DNA of 63,585 bases, the filler included, from Octopus bimaculoides (taxonomy: Eukaryota), in NCBI RefSeq assembly GCF_001194135.2. It is 5 parts of 5 records of this genome, joined end to end, with 100 filler letters (N's around TTAATTAATTAA, not from the genome) between each part and the next. Parts side by side here need not be neighbours in the genome. Positions count along the whole stretch, not along the records: positions 54,625 to 61,634 come from NC_068985.1; positions 61,735 to 63,585 come from NW_026433920.1; 3 more parts are not named here. One strand, given 5' to 3'. The translations under genes and the position numbers were made by a program. Below the pieces are notes generated by a model. That model did no database searches, had not been told where the DNA came from, and saw only the letters and a program-made list of their open reading frames with translations. The first letter of the stretch is position 1; the number at the start of each line of letters is the position of its first letter. Of the stretch, positions 61,010 through 63,585 are shown piece after piece.

Positions 61010-61048
61010 AGTGGATTTGATAGACAGAAACTGAAAGAAGCCCGTATG

Positions 61049-61097
<49 letters not shown>

Positions 61098-61290
61098 TTG
61101 TCCCACCACTGCTTGACAGCCAATTTTGGTGTGTTTACGTTCCGTAATTTAGCAATTCGGCAAAAGTGACCGATAGAATAAGGACCAGGTTTTACAAAAC
61201 AAAATAAGTACAGGCGTCGATCCGTTCGACTAAAATTTTTCAATGTGGCGCTCCAGCATGGCCGCAGTCAAATGACTGAAACAAGTAACA
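61010..61290 (+). mobile_element. SINE 3' portion with internal (GT)n
   Basis: GTGGATTTGATAGACAGAAACTGAAAGAAGCCCGT...GCTCCAGCATGGCCGCAGTCAAATGACTGAAACAAGTAA. The same tail recurs at ~47515-47560, ~49100-49155 (minus), ~61735-61790 and ~62160-62205 (minus). Confidence 0.8.
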
Positions 61291-61565
61291 GATAAAAGAT
61301 AACTAGCTAAGGATAGTAGATATGTGGTGAGGACTGCTACTGATTCATAGTTCAAGAGGAAATATAAATGGAAAAGATTCCCAGTGGAAATACTGTTCTG
61401 CTTTTATTGTGTTTGTAAAAACAATAAGTAATATATAAAAACCATATAGAAATTATGCGTCTGTATACGCTCGATTTTATGTGTTATTGTGTTTTATGTT
61501 TTCTCTGAGCCAGCATGCATTTGTATGCGAGTGTTGATGTGCGTGTGTGTATGTATGTATGTATG

Positions 61566-61634
<69 letters not shown>

Positions 61635-62771
61635 NNNNNNNNNNNNNNNNNNNNNNNNNNNNNNNNNNNNNNNNNNNNTTAATTAATTAANNNNNNNNNN
61701 NNNNNNNNNNNNNNNNNNNNNNNNNNNNNNNNNNAGCATGGCCACAGTCAAAAGACTGAAACAAGTAAAAGAGTAAAAGAGTCAGATAGTTCGTCATTAA
61801 TAATCTAGAAGTATGAATAATAGAGAGACAGAGAGAGAGAGAGAAAGAAAAGAAGGAAGTTTAATGAAATGATTGAGGCGTTTGCAGACATTGTGTTTAC
61901 GAAATAAAGAGAATGATATCAACAAAAACAGAAATAAAATACATAATTAGGATGAGACATAGGAAGTCAGAGTAAAAACAATAGAAATTAATACGGTAGA
62001 TAGAAGGATATTGAGCAACGTAGAGTAAATAAAATGTAGTGGTTATTTATCACAGCGGAAGAAGAAGATAAACCGATCTAAATAGTGTTAGGTTATTTTT
62101 TGATATTTATAGTTGTTTACCGTTTTGATAAATAAATTGGATCGTTTATACAGTCTCTTTTACTTATTTCAGTCATTTGACTGCGGCCATGCTGGAGCAC
62201 CGCCTTTAGTCGAGCAAAATATAAATGCGAATATTATATGTGCTAATATNNNNNNNNNNNNNNNNNNNNNNNNNNNNNNNNNNNNNNNNNNNNNNNNNNN
62301 NNNNNNNNNNNNNNNNNNNNNNNNNNNNNNNNNNNNNNNNNNNNNNNNNNNNNNNNNNNNNNNNNNNNNNNNNNNNNNNNNNNNNNNNNNNNNNNNNNNN
62401 NNNNNNNNNNNNNNNNNNNNNNNNNNNNNNNNNNNNNNNNNNNNNNNNNNNNNNNNNNNNNNNNNNNNNNNNNNNNNNNNNNNNNNNNNNNNNNNNNNNN
62501 NNNNNNNNNNNNNNNNNNNNNNNNNNNNNNNNNNNNNNNNNNNNNNNNNNNTATATATATATAACAAATAATAAATGAGTATATGCATATATACGTACAG
62601 GTATGTGCATACCTACGTCTACCTGTATATATAGGTGCATATATGGGTACAGGACATTGCAAACAAAACGTAGACAAGAAAATAAGATAATAACCAGAGT
62701 ACAGAAAACACACAAGCCACATAGAGAACATTTTCCTTCATCAGCTACCCCCGTTTTAACACCGGCGTTTC

Positions 62772-62830
<59 letters not shown>

Positions 62831-62976
62831 CTACATACAAACACACACACATATATATATATATACACATACATATATATACAAGCACACATATATATAC
62901 AAACACACATATATATGTATATGTATATACACACACACACATATATATATATATATATGTGTGTAAATGTACATAC

Positions 62977-63021
<45 letters not shown>

Positions 63022-63284
63022 TATATATACATATACATACACACACATATATATACATATACATACATAGGTACGTGCATGCATACATACATGCACACAT
63101 ACATTTATATATATATATATATAGATGCACACACACACATATATATATACATAAACACACACACACACACACACACATGCTTAAGGAGAGGCACTGGTAG
63201 AAGCGTGCTGTCAAAAAGCACACTCATTCGTTGTGAATCACTTCACTTACAACAAAGAAATGTTGCAATATTACGTAACCGCAA

Positions 63285-63448
63285 TCATTGAAAAGTTGCG
63301 GTTGATGCTGACTGTGTTCTCAAGACGCACCGAGCAGACTGAAGTGACCCGTAACCAATGGGTATGTTTGTTGGTATTGTGACCCACCGAACGTGTCGCG
63401 TTAACGGTTTCAGCATACGGTGTCGGTTGCAAACACTTGCAAAACAAG
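63285..63448 (-). CDS. Possible terminal coding exon of a gene entering from the right edge
   Basis: Acceptor GTTTTTTCAG|, 54 open codons ([53 protein letters not shown]), GC-richer unique sequence amid microsatellites. Confidence 0.22.
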
Positions 63449-63585
63449 CTGAAAAAACGCGTCTTGTATGTATGTATATATGTATGTATATATTTATGGA
63501 TATGTGTAAGCACACACCCACATTCATATATACATAAACAAATAGATAGGGAGAAAGAAAGAGAGAGAGTGATATGTGTGTGTAT

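Overview
Repeat-saturated, microsatellite-rich, gap-containing animal scaffold, almost certainly octopus, judged from the SINE/LINE complement and the receptor family. The main host locus is an intact, intronless, highly divergent Cys-loop receptor gene (14102-15235, +). It has lost the acetylcholine aromatic cage and the vicinal loop-C cysteines, which fits the cephalopod chemotactile receptor (CR) / atypical nAChR-like family. A same-strand paralogue 10 kb upstream (3900-5027) is pseudogenised by two stops and two frameshifts. A second, unidentified multi-exon gene is suggested by spliceable exons at 37610-42501. The rest is transposon debris: several Penelope-like elements (PLEs), some with type I hammerhead ribozyme motifs (one core-intact at 20309-20369, one single-mutant at 5538-5598 just downstream of the pseudogene), an RTE LINE with a twin-priming-type 5' inversion, two R4/Dong-like RLE LINE fragments, an internally deleted L1/Tx1 element, Tc1, mariner and hAT transposon relics, a Helentron-like element, many tRNA-derived SINEs and several long inverted repeats. 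All calls are by eye from sequence motifs. No database searches or folding programs were run, and element boundaries are approximate.
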